Assembly: GCA_002245135.1 (NCBI GenBank)
Contig: NGBS01000622.1
Location: 1 to 62,565 of the forward strand
Direction: 5' to 3'
From: Proteromonas lacertae
Taxonomy: Eukaryota
Length of the DNA: 62,565 nucleotides
The translations under genes were made by a program, and so were the position numbers. Each line of letters begins with the position of its first letter. Position 1 is the stretch's first letter. This document shows, one piece after another, positions 13,034 to 24,531 of the stretch. The notes beneath the pieces were generated by a model. The model saw only the letters and a list, made by a program, of their open reading frames with translations, was not told where the DNA came from and did not search any database.

Positions 13034-14569
13034 TTATTCATCATCATCGTCAGTTTTTAATTTCAAAGGTGAATGATAATCAGGACCAAAACGAGAAACA
13101 GGTTTAGCAATCATTGGTCTTTCTTTACCTTCTCTTTCTAACTGTTCTACCTTCGCATCATACAACATAAGCATAGTCTGCATCCACTCTTGTAAAGCAC
13201 CAATACAACGACTGTACTGATTAACATCATCAATATCAATATGAGCCATAGCTGTTCTAATATTCTCTATAATCGGAATATCATAGTCACTTAAATGTTC
13301 TTCAATATCAAATCTTGAAAATTCAATAACCAAAGAATAACCATAGAAATTCTTAAGATAATTCCATTGTACTATCTCTGTGATTTCCATTCCAAATTCT
13401 TCTGAGCTAATATGATCTGTCAAGTATAAACCACACATTAATATCTTCAAAGGTCCAACTCTAGGCATCTTATCATACCTTCTAATCTCAGCAAATTGTG
13501 ATCTCAATGATAATATTGTTTTTACTGCATATCTTACTCTTCGCTTTAAAGTGCTCATTCTTCTATAGAAATCATCTTCTTGTTCTTCTTCATTCTCTAT
13601 ATCTGCACCTTCAAATGAGAAACTGTTACTACCTCCTGCACCATTACTTGTACTTCCTCGTCTTGATGTTGGTGGTTTTGGAATTTGATCTTTTACATCT
13701 TCCAGTCTCTTGTTTTCTTCGTCTAATTTAGAAGTTTGCTCTGCTAATAATCGATCTTTTTCATCTCTTTCTTGCTCTAATTCTTTTAATTTGTCTTTTA
13801 ATCCTACAATACGTTTACCAATTGATTCTATTCTTTCGCCTTTATCTCTTATTTCTTTTTGAAGATCAGATTGGAATAAATCCTTTAATCTGATATTTTC
13901 TCTCACTGAATTTAATTGATTTCTTAATTGTTGGTTCTGTTTATTTATATCACTGTAAGCACCTTCTTTGGCTCTTAATTGATTCTTTAAATCTAATAAT
14001 TCAGGATCTTCATTTTGAACTCTATCACATTCACGTTTTATATCATCATGTTGATCTTGTAAATTTTCTAATTCTTCTTCTAAACCTGCTACTTCTGCTC
14101 TCTGTGCAGCTATTTCTTGTTCATTATGGTGAGTTAAACAATACTTCCATTTTTTGAGGTATTCTTCTATTTGTTGCTTTAAACGATCAATTTCTTTTTG
14201 ATGTACACGGATTTCTTGGAGTAATTTCTCTTTTTCGGATTTAAACTTCTTGATTGTGGTCTTATCCTCTTTAGCTCTTGCTGTTAATTCTGAAATTTCA
14301 TTTGCTTGTTTTTCTATTGTTTGTTCTTTATTGGCCATGTTCACTTCGAAATCTTCTAATTCTTTCTCACATTGTTGAATATATTCATTATGTTTATTGA
14401 TTCTATTTTCTTTTGTTTTTCTAAGCTCTTCCCTTGAGGATTGATTGCCATCAACAATACCTTCAAACCTTTTTGAGAAATCTTTCAGCATTTTAAGCTG
14501 TTTTTCAAGTGAATTATTTACCTGAAGTGCTTCTTTATACTTCCAACCATAAATTTCATCAAAATCCAT
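13034..14569 (-). CDS. Coiled-coil protein with C-terminal dynein-MTBD-like domain (family member 2, tandem paralog of member 1)
   Basis: Intronless 511-aa ORF; WKYCLTHH motif; C-terminal domain nearly identical to member 1. Confidence 0.85.
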   Translation of the reverse strand: MDFDEIYGWKYKEALQVNNSLEKQLKMLKDFSKRFEGIVDGNQSSREELRKTKENRINKHNEYIQQCEKELEDFEVNMANKEQTIEKQANEISELTARAKEDKTTIKKFKSEKEKLLQEIRVHQKEIDRLKQQIEEYLKKWKYCLTHHNEQEIAAQRAEVAGLEEELENLQDQHDDIKRECDRVQNEDPELLDLKNQLRAKEGAYSDINKQNQQLRNQLNSVRENIRLKDLFQSDLQKEIRDKGERIESIGKRIVGLKDKLKELEQERDEKDRLLAEQTSKLDEENKRLEDVKDQIPKPPTSRRGSTSNGAGGSNSFSFEGADIENEEEQEDDFYRRMSTLKRRVRYAVKTILSLRSQFAEIRRYDKMPRVGPLKILMCGLYLTDHISSEEFGMEITEIVQWNYLKNFYGYSLVIEFSRFDIEEHLSDYDIPIIENIRTAMAHIDIDDVNQYSRCIGALQEWMQTMLMLYDAKVEQLEREGKERPMIAKPVSRFGPDYHSPLKLKTDDDDE

Positions 14570-14590
14570 TTTCTCAACTAAAAATAAGTT

Positions 14591-14597
14591 CGGCTTG
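14591..14597. promoter_or_regulatory. CGGCTTG motif in the 48-bp divergent spacer (example of a recurring promoter-proximal motif)
   Basis: The same heptamer occurs at 2823, 30065 and 49152, each within about 60 nt of a start codon. Confidence 0.45.
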
Positions 14598-14617
14598 TTT
14601 CATTTTAATTTTGTATA

Positions 14618-15376
14618 ATGTCATTTAAAAAGGTAGGTAAATCAAAAATACACAAAGAAAGATCTCAACCTGAAGCAAGACAGCGATTGGGATTCTTGGA
14701 AAAACATAAAGACTATACAGCTCGTGCTAAAGCCTATCATGTCAAGAAACAATTTCTACAGAACTTAATGCTTAAAGCATCACTCAGAAATCCAGATGAA
14801 TTCTATTGCAAGATGATTTCAATATCAAAAGTATTTCTATAGATAAATATTGTTATTTGAATAGCAACGAAATGGAGAGACTACTGAAGAAGATAAAGAA
14901 AAAGTTAAAAAAGCAAAACTTCAAGATTATGAGTTTTTAACATCAAAGAAACAGGAGAATATGAAAAAAGCAGAAAAACTTCAATCAACTTTTCATATTT
15001 TACCAAATGCAAAGCCAAAACACACAATTTTCCTCGATGATGAAGAACAAGTACAGAATTTTGATGCTGCGAGTATTTTGACACAGAACCTGAGTTAGTA
15101 TCAAGAACATTCAACAGAATTAGAAAAGATGATTTGAAGAAGAATATATTTATTGGTAATACAGATATAGATACATTAAAACAGATTCAAATAGGTCAAA
15201 ACAAAACAAAAGAAGAATTGAATGAATATCAGACAAAAACTAAAGAAATTAAACGAATTATTGATCATGTCCAAAGCCAGAGGAATTTAATGAGAAAAGG
15301 TAAATATATCAAAGTATCAGAAGGTGAAAATGGAGAAGCACCGGTTTATAAATGGAAAAAACAAAGATCAAAATAA
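14618..15376 (+). CDS. UTP11: U3 snoRNP/SSU processome protein Utp11
   Basis: HKERSQPEARQRLGFLEKHKDYTARAKAY...RNPDEFY and C-terminal PVYKWKKQRSK; one intron near 14831-14864; apparent frameshift near 15070. Confidence 0.93.
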
Positions 15377-15438
15377 TTAAACAAAAAAATAATAATAAAA
15401 ATCGTAATTTCTTATGTTTCATAACTCTTTTAGTTTAA

Positions 15439-17505
15439 TTAATCACTGTCAGAATCACTACTACTACTATCACTATTCTTTTTCTTCTTATTATTATTTT
15501 CATCATTATCATCTTCTTCATCATCATCATTATCACTTCCTTTCTTTTTGTCAGGTATTTTATCAATATCATTCTCACTATCAGAATCATCTTTATCATC
15601 TTCACTATCACTACTCTCACTATTACTATGATCTTGTAATAAATCTAAAGGTCCATTATAATTATTCAAAATTTCTTCATCTTCTTTATCTATTGGTTTC
15701 TCACTCACTGCATTGGATTCATCTACTTTGATAGTAAATGGGATTTCTTGATCTAAACCTCTATAACATGATGGTTTTACATATAATATAAAATTATATA
15801 ATCCTGGTCTTGGTGGAGCTGGGAATCTAATATCTACTGTAAACTCTCTTTCTTGATTCTTGGCGAATTCAAATCCAATTATTACACCTATTTTCTCTTG
15901 ATGCATTGTTTTCTTCTTTATATTGTCAATCATATTGACAATAGTGCTTTGTGTTATCAATAAATATATTTTTTCTTTAATTGGTAGAGGATATGATAAT
16001 GAATAGGCTGGTCCAATTGAGTCTTCATTTTCTTCTAAATTCTTTCTAGTTATTGTGACACTACAAGTGACTAAATCCATTGGAATAATAATATCTTCAC
16101 CACCAACATTTGGATGGATTTTAACTTCATACTTTGGGAATATTTTACATGATTTGTAGATATCAATTCTTTGTTCTTCAGTTAAATATTTCAATCCTTT
16201 TTTCTCTTCACTAAAATAAATAATATAATAAATTATATAATATATACTCAGGTAAACACAAATATTCCAACAATCCTTTTACACCTTTTTTACCTTCCAC
16301 AATATGTTTTATTTCATCATCACCTAAATATGGAAATTGTTTAAATTCTGAATCCTTAGGACTTAATCCTTGCATCATACATTGATAGAATGTAATAATT
16401 GTATTAACTACTGAATATATATGATTGGCTCTACATTGTGGATGAAATACCATTCCAATCATATTCTCTAATAGTGCTGGTGCTTTTTGTAATATAAATT
16501 GTAAATCTTCCATATCATTCTCATTTAAATTAGGTAATCTGTTCATATATGCATGAATTAATATTAATGTCTTTAAACCTCTATATCCTACTGTAGATAA
16601 ATTCTCTAATTTAGATGGATCTGTATGCTGATATAAATCACCAGGTTTATGCATTTTATTCTCTTTGATCATTTGATTGTACATTTCACGAAGATGTTGT
16701 TGCTCTCCACTTCTTATTTTGATATTTTTTCCATCTACAAATTCAGAAGATAGTGAAAATAATTCAACTATTCCTCTAAATGGAGTGTTTGGAAAAAGAA
16801 ATTCACAATATAATATAAGAGTTTTATTTAATATTTCTTCTTCACCAGATACATCTTTGGTAGATTGATAACAAGAATATACCAAGCCAGGGATAATTAC
16901 CAATAAAAATATCATATAAAATAAAACGGCTAGATTCTGATTCTTTTGTTCAGATAACCATTTTGGTAAACCCATCGATATTTTGAATTCTTGTGGTCCA
17001 TCTGGATTGCCATATTTCTCCCAATTCTCTTTAGCTAATGGATCTGTTAAAGCATCATAAGCTTTTGAAATGATGATGAATTTGTTTTCATTCCCAGGAT
17101 TTTTATCTGGATGGTACAACAAACTGAGTTTACGGTATGCCTTTTTAATTTCTCTATCGGATGCTCCTGGTTCTACACCTAAGATTTCATAGGGATCAAA
17201 ACCTTTTAATTCATTTTGAGTTTGTAGGTTTGATACTGTATTCACTAATATTGCAAATATTGCAATATATATTACAAAATGTATAGAAAAGCATTTAGTA
17301 CACAAAGTGTTGGTAAATGTCTTCTTTTCAAGTATTTTTGTAGTTTTAGCCTTTCAGCTTCTGTTCTTGCATTCTCAACAACAGTATTTCTTCTTACTGC
17401 TTTGTAACATCTCCATATTACAAATAAAGTTGCTGGAATGAAATAAATCACTAGACAAGTGAATATGAAATATGAAAATGCTGAAGAATCGTATTCTAGA
17501 GCCAT
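15439..17505 (-). CDS. SEC63: ER translocon J-protein Sec63
   Basis: [11 protein letters not shown]-terminus, TM helices, J domain (FDPYEILGV...YHPDKNP...YGNPDGP), Sec63/Brl domain, SCYRGLD, acidic tail; intron near 16211-16247; frameshift near 17300. Confidence 0.93.
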
Positions 17506-17624
17506 TTAAGAAAAAAATTAGAAATGGAATAAGAAACGAATATTTTTTTATTTTATTCCCAAAATTTCATTTACATGAATAATAGCATTAAAAATATAAA
17601 AATTATAATTAAGCGATAATAATA

Positions 17625-18823
17625 CTATGACATTAACTCCTTCTCATTCATAGCTGTATCATACAAACCAATTAATCCATTTAACCAATCATATATTGCG
17701 CCAATCACTGATGAAGCAGAGTAAACTTCCTTACTATTACATTTCTGAATTTGTTCTCTTATTATACCTATCTTCTCTTTCACTTCGTCATCATCAAGCT
17801 TATCCATGATGTTATACTCAGATATTTCAACCACCAACGAATATTTAAAGAAATTTCTAATATAATTCCATTGAGCTAGTGTCAAGGAACTACTATTCAC
17901 ATCAACTTCATGATTCAATAAGTGTAAACAACATATGATGGTAATAATTGCATGGTTGTTTTGGAATAGTATCATATCTTCTAATTTCCTGAAATTGTGT
18001 TTTTCTATCCACTACAGCCTTTACAGCCTCTATTTAATTAAAAATAAAAAAAAAAATCAATACTATCCACATTCTTCTTAGCTTTTTGTAATTCATTCAC
18101 TTTATGTTTATCTGATTCCTCACCTGCTTTCCTCATTAATTCATCTGTCTGATCTGCATAATCTTGTAATTTGGCTGTCAAATCTTCAATAATTGCTTGA
18201 AGATTATCAATTGTTGAATCTTTCTCTTGATTCTCTCCTTTTAATCTTTCTATTTCTTCGTTTAATTCCTTTACTTTTCCTTCTAATGCAGAATCATGCA
18301 TTGTAGATGGTGGTGGAGGTATTTTTGATGGAGATGAAGCTGCAGATTGTGATGATCCATCTAATGATGAGTGATTTGCAACACAAAATCTTACTTTCTC
18401 TTCACAAAGTTCATACCTCTTCTGCAATGCTTCAAACTCTTTTTGGAGATTGTTATATTTTATTGTAGTTGTATTTAAATCACTTTCTAACAATTCATTC
18501 TTTTGTTGAGTTATTTTTACTTCTTCCTGCATATTACCTATATCAGCAATATATTTCTCTAATTTCAATTGGTTTTTACTCAATTCTATTTGATATTCTT
18601 TAGTCTTTGTCTCTAAATCCTTTTGATGCTTATCATTCTCTAAGATAAGGTCTGACAATTGTTTTGATAACTTCAATTCTTTATCTTGTCCAACTTTCAA
18701 TAATTCTTCTGATTTAGAATTCTTCGCTTTTAAAAAAACTATTTGTCCTTGCAATTCACCATTCTTTTGAATGGAATCACAGAACTTTACTTCATACAAG
18801 TCTTCCGTTGTGTTTAAAGGCAT
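17625..18823 (-). CDS. Coiled-coil protein with C-terminal dynein-MTBD-like domain (family member 3, divergent)
   Basis: Rod with EKVRFCVANH; intron near 18030-18063; then AVKAVVDRKTQFQEIRRYDTIP, a 1-nt frameshift, and NHAIITIICCLHLL...WNYIRNFFKYSLVVEISEYNI...SSVIGAIYDWL..LYD, homologous to members 1 and 2. Confidence 0.75.
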
Positions 18824-19024
18824 TTTCTTTATTATAAGATATTCTTAGATTTTATGAATTTTCAATGCTTTTCTTCAGAAATAAATTATTCGATCTATTA
18901 ATATGATTGATTATCTATACAAAGCCCTATTTAAATAGTGTGTCTCTAGTAAATCTATAGAGATACAGTGTATAACCGTAATAGATAAATATATAAAGAA
19001 AAGATTTTTTAATATTTTTATCAA

Positions 19025-21442
19025 ATGGCTGATGTACCTATTGATGTTTTAAGAATGTCGTATGATCAGAGCTTAGAGAAACAAAAAGCTCTGCAACAAG
19101 AACATAAGGCTATGCAAGACGAATTGACGAAGTGTAAGAATGTGTTGTCAGAATTTAAAGAAAAGGTGGATACTTATCAGCAGCAAATTAAAGAAGTTCA
19201 AGAAAGCAGTAGACAGAAACAAGGTGAGTTAGAAGAAAAACTAGCTACTTCTGGAGCTTTAATGAAAGAAAAAGATATAACCATCGAAACAGAAGGGCAA
19301 AGAAATACATTGCTCGATGAAAAGATTAGTGTATTAGAAAGAAACGCACAAATGCTTAATGAAACAATAGAAGAGAAGAATTTAATAATCCAACAGAATA
19401 AGGACGAATTAAAGCGATTAGATGATATAAATGCAGAATTTGAAGAAAAAGTTACATTTTGTATAGAAACTCACACTCCTCAAATAAAAGAGTTAGAAGA
19501 TAAAATTGCTGAATTAACAAAACAATTATCATCTGCACAGAATGATACATCTTCTAAAGAATTAATAGAATCAATGCAAAAACAAAATAATGATTTAGCT
19601 AAAGCAAAGAAAGAATTAGAATCTAAAGTGAAAGAATTAGAAGGTAATAACAAGACATTGAACAACGAATTATCAAAGTCTCAAGCTAACAATAATGAGC
19701 TAACAAATGCACAAAAAGAATTGGAAAACAAATTAAACAAAAGTGAAGAAAATAACAAAATATTAGAGAATGAATTAAAGACAATGAAAGATAATAATCA
19801 AAATATGGCACAATCAAAGAATCAATTGGATACAAAATTAAAGGAATTAGAAACTAAATCCAAGTTATTAGAAACTAAAAACAATGATTTAGAATCTAAA
19901 TTAAATCAATCAAATCAAAAAGTGAATGAATTAAAGAGCCAATATGAGGAAATTCAAAAACAATCCAAATCTAATGATAACACAATGAATGCAGAGTTGA
20001 ATAAAGTTAAGAAAGAATTAAATGATATGAAAGAGAAGTATACAAAATTAGATGATGAATTTAAAAAGAGTCAAAATGCTAATAGTCAGTTGCAAAATAC
20101 AGTTAATGTGAATAAGAACCAATTAGATGATTTGAAGAAGAAATTAGATAAATCGAATGAAGATATGGCTAAATTGAACAAAACAATTGCCAATTTGAAT
20201 ACTATTATAAAAGGAAAAGATAAAGAGATTAATGACTTAAAGAATGAATTATCAAAATTGAAAGATGAAAATATGAAGTTGAATAACAAATTGAGAGATT
20301 TAAATGGCAAATTAAAAGAATCTCAAAGCAAACCAAAAGAAGATACTAACATAGCCGTTTCATTTGCGCCAATGAAAGATAAAAAGATCGCTAAAGAATG
20401 GACTTGGTTGAATGAATTTGAAAATAACCCAGAAACTAAAGGAAAGTTACTATTATCAGAGTTAAAAGGTCATAAGAGTGGTGCTAGTAGTTGTGTTTTC
20501 TCAACAGATTGTACAATGATTGCTACAATGGCTAAAGATGGTGGCATTATTATCCACAATATTACTCATTCATCTATCTCTAATGAGTCAAGTTCTTCAC
20601 GTTATAACATCACATGTCCTGATGATTATGTTTGTGCTACAACATTTACTGGTGATGATAAGTATCTAGTATGTGGTTTAGGTGTTAGTAAATGTGTTAA
20701 TATTTACTTTATTCCACCATTTGGTAGTAGTAATAAACAACCTGAATTGTGGAAGACATTTAAAACTGATGCTAAAGAACCATTATTAGGTATTTCTGTC
20801 TATCACAGTGGTGAAAAAATGGCAATAGTAACTTGTGAAATTGGTAATACAGCTTTATTAGTGTATGATGTTAATGGTAAAGTCGTTGATAAACAAGTGA
20901 ATAGAACTCAAAAAGTGTTTTATTCAATGACATCATCACCATATTCTCGTTTTATTGGATTTTCTGGCAGTTCCAAAGATGCATTTGTATTTGAACCAAA
21001 ACATAAAGTTAATGGTGATTTTACTAACTTATCAAGAGTATTACAAGTCTTACATTCTGATAGTATTATTGGTTTAGGTATTGGTAACAAATGCGATCAA
21101 ATTATAACAATATCCAAAGATGAAACTATGAAATTATGGGCGATTGATGTGAGATATTTTAATGCTAGTTTGATCAAGAATTATCCATGCAGATTGAATG
21201 TAAGTTATGCTATGTTGAGTGAAGAGAATTTGTGTATTATATTGATATGCGAGAATGATATTTACTTCATTCATTGTGCTAATGGTGAGATTATTACAAC
21301 AATTGAGAATCCACATAACTGTAAGATTATTTTCAGTTGTATTGCTGGTAATGGACGTGCTATTGCGACAATTGGTGAGAAAGATAATGATATTAAGATT
21401 TGGATGATTCCTCGTGGAATGAAATTCACAGATAATGTATAA
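19025..21442 (+). CDS. Coiled-coil protein (same N-terminal rod family) fused to a C-terminal WD40 propeller, TBL2-like
   Basis: 805-aa ORF: about 440 aa of heptads with EKVTFCIETH, then ELKGH...FSTD...ATMAKDG, SKDETMKLWAIDVRY and IKIW WD repeats. Confidence 0.8.
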   Translation: MADVPIDVLRMSYDQSLEKQKALQQEHKAMQDELTKCKNVLSEFKEKVDTYQQQIKEVQESSRQKQGELEEKLATSGALMKEKDITIETEGQRNTLLDEKISVLERNAQMLNETIEEKNLIIQQNKDELKRLDDINAEFEEKVTFCIETHTPQIKELEDKIAELTKQLSSAQNDTSSKELIESMQKQNNDLAKAKKELESKVKELEGNNKTLNNELSKSQANNNELTNAQKELENKLNKSEENNKILENELKTMKDNNQNMAQSKNQLDTKLKELETKSKLLETKNNDLESKLNQSNQKVNELKSQYEEIQKQSKSNDNTMNAELNKVKKELNDMKEKYTKLDDEFKKSQNANSQLQNTVNVNKNQLDDLKKKLDKSNEDMAKLNKTIANLNTIIKGKDKEINDLKNELSKLKDENMKLNNKLRDLNGKLKESQSKPKEDTNIAVSFAPMKDKKIAKEWTWLNEFENNPETKGKLLLSELKGHKSGASSCVFSTDCTMIATMAKDGGIIIHNITHSSISNESSSSRYNITCPDDYVCATTFTGDDKYLVCGLGVSKCVNIYFIPPFGSSNKQPELWKTFKTDAKEPLLGISVYHSGEKMAIVTCEIGNTALLVYDVNGKVVDKQVNRTQKVFYSMTSSPYSRFIGFSGSSKDAFVFEPKHKVNGDFTNLSRVLQVLHSDSIIGLGIGNKCDQIITISKDETMKLWAIDVRYFNASLIKNYPCRLNVSYAMLSEENLCIILICENDIYFIHCANGEIITTIENPHNCKIIFSCIAGNGRAIATIGEKDNDIKIWMIPRGMKFTDNV

Positions 21443-21570
21443 AGTCTCTTAAGACAATAAGATTCATATGTTATTATACTTTTATTTTGAATATTTGTTT
21501 TGTAATGTGATATTTTAAATATTTGTCCGTTTTTTTAGAAGTTTTAAGTGTTTTTTTAAGCTGAAAACAG

Positions 21571-22439
21571 ATGGGTAGATATAGTATTATTATTCATGTT
21601 GCGTTTTTGTCATTTTTTGTATATTTTTTATGGCTTCACTTGACAAACAAATGTGACATGTCAAAGAATTTGATGGATTTGATTGATGTAGTATCAGAAG
21701 TATTAGATAAGCATCATATTATTTGTTATCTATGTTGGGGTATGTATATTTGGTTTCTATGTATTTAGGCTCTTTACTTGGTTATATTAGAAGTAACGAC
21801 CTACCACCACAAGATTATGATGTAGATATTGTAATGAATCCAAACGATTATGATAGAATTATGGCTTTGAAAGATGAATTCAAAGAAAGAGGATATACAC
21901 TCTATGGAAAGAATGATATATTGCCGTTTTTTTTTTATAAGAAGAAAATGACGATAATATCATTCAGGTTATATAATGATAAAACTCACTATTTTTTGGA
22001 ATTCTTTGAAGGATATAAAGTTCCTGCAAAAGGAGTATATATAATTATTATATTATATTGTTTATATATGTTTATATAGATTGAATATATTATGAAAAGA
22101 TATCCAAAAGTAGAAGTACCAACTAATTATCGAGTGAATGATACATATGTATGTACAGGTAGACGAGAAACTTTTAAATCAACTGAATTTTGTTTCTATT
22201 ATGATGATATATATCCATTGAGGAGAGTAAAAGCGTTTAAAGAACAATATTCGATGTTTATACCTAATAAACCACACAATATATTGAAGCAAGTTTATGG
22301 AAGTACTTATATGATTCCACAGACAAAGGGGTATAAATCTGTAGTGTGTTATACAAAGCCAAAATACACACTCTCTGTAATAACTGCAATATATTTATTG
22401 TTAAACAGTTTTTTCCTACTCTTTACAATGAGAATTTAA
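21571..22439 (+). CDS. LicD/fukutin-family nucleotidyltransferase-fold protein
   Basis: Spliced YLCWG|SLLGYIRSNDLPPQDYDVDI and IYPLRRV...IPNKPHNILKQVYG..YM.P; N- and C-terminal TM segments; two introns. Confidence 0.85.
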
Positions 22440-22543
22440 TTTATAATTTAATTTATCGTTTATAATGTTTTTTATTGTTTTTATTTTCATTTCTTTTAAA
22501 TTATTAATCTAAAAAATAACACAAAATTAAATAATTAAAACAT

Positions 22544-24372
22544 TTAAGCAGTTATTCCTCTTTTAGATCTATTTAATTGTAATTTATGTTCTATCTTCTT
22601 TTGTTCCATCCTTTCATGTCTTTCTTCCATTACTTGAGGATCAATAACACAATTAGTATTGTCATTCTCTAAATCACTATTTCTCTTATTAACATTTTCA
22701 TTATCATTATTATCATTATTATTCTTATCACTAGGTGATTCTAGTTTTGGCAATTCAACTTGTTTAGTCTTTAAACTTTGGTTATTACCTTCTTCAGCTT
22801 CATTCTCAGGATGATTAGCGTAGAAATTAACAAAATCCCATTCCACCTTACCTTTCGTAATAATTATAAATCTAGTAATCTCAGATACAACTATCATTAA
22901 TATCAATGAAGTTAACATTGCAATTAAACGGAATGGTAGTTTACCAAAATCAATTAAAGCAGGTAATTTAATAGTTGGTTCACCTCCACCAATTCTTAAG
23001 AATAAGCCAACAAAAAATGCAACAAATGAGCCATATGTATTTACACGTGGATAATATAACACTAATAACAATTGAGGGAACAATAATACAAATATAAAGT
23101 CACTACTTAATACCCATAATGAATATACATCATCTGAAATAATAGCTAAAATACAACCAACTATACAAATAACAAACACACCTATTCTAGTTACCCATAT
23201 CATCTCTCTATCACCAGCATTACGATGAAATAGAGGACGATAGATGTTATAACAGAACACAGTACTGGATGCTAATAAAGCACCATCGGCTGTAGACATT
23301 GTTGCAGCAGCAATACCACCGATTGATAAATAGGTTATTACCTTTGGAGTACAATATTGTAATATATATGATAATGCATATGATTCTTTACCATCTAATG
23401 TACCAACTTCAGGAATAGCAGCCCAGTTAACTGTAGTACCCCATACACCAATAATAGCAGCAGGTACAGCAGCTATAAAAGCACCAAAACCTGATAAATA
23501 GGATAATATCTTTGCATCTTTAACTGTACGACAAGCTAATATTCTTTGGAAATATACTTGCCATGGAATACCACCTAAGATCATTAGAATTGCACTATCT
23601 AACCATAATCCAGCATCTTCAGCAGCAATGCTTCCTTGCCATATATCTTTAGTTGCATTGGGATTACTTACTCTATCACTAGTTAAAACGAAAGGTACAG
23701 CTAAATATAAACAGAATAACATCATCGCTAATTGAATGACATCAGCAAATGCTACAGCGTATAAACCACCGATGAAGGTGTAAATTGCAGCAAATCCTCC
23801 ACTAACTATAATAGCTAATTCTGGGTCAATTCCTATGACCGTTGATAAGGCAGCACCTAATGTGGCTAAACCCATACCAATCCAGAATATATCACCTAAA
23901 ACAGTAGGTAAATATAACAATGAATTCATTACTCTTCCAAATTTATTTTTTAATGGATCCATCATTGTTACATATTCTGCTTCTCTCATTTTCTTAGCAA
24001 ATACTAAAGCACCAACGAAAAAACACACAGCATAACACCAAGGAGCTTGAGTCCATGCAAGACCAGTTCCTCTAGTTACTACACCTTGAGTTGTACCATA
24101 TAGATATCCACCACATACCCATGTAGCAATCATGGTTAAAACACCTTTGAATCCTGATAGATTTCTACCAGCTAAAACCATGTCATCAGAACTACCCGAT
24201 TTATTCAATCTGGCAGCAAATATACCTGAGAATAAGATAACTAGGTAGAAAACTGCAACTACAGCAAATCCAATAGGATCAAATTTGTGATCATCACTGC
24301 AGAGTACGCAAGCTATATAATAAAAATATTAATCATACAGATAAAGATAGACAAAGGAATAAATTTTTTCAT
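22544..24372 (-). CDS. Sodium:solute symporter, high-affinity choline transporter (SLC5A7/CHT1)-like
   Basis: TMIATWVCGGY, GLAWTQAP, YVTMMDPL, GGLYAVAFADVIQL, LGGIPWQVYFQRIL, AATMSTAD, LFPQL, LRIGGGEP. ATG at 24372 with one short intron. Confidence 0.88.
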
Positions 24373-24531
24373 GACAAAAAAGCTTGACAAACCGAATCTT
24401 CAAAATCCCATTTTTCACATTATTCAGTCAATTTGCAAAATAACAATTTTTATATACGACAGTATATTTACTAATTACTTTAACATTTGATATAAACGTC
24501 ATTACAGTTTTTTTTCGATAATTGAATCAGA

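Noticed and set aside
18939..18968. Imperfect inverted repeat in the divergent spacer
   Set aside because: A short stem with a mismatch in AT-rich DNA can arise by chance.
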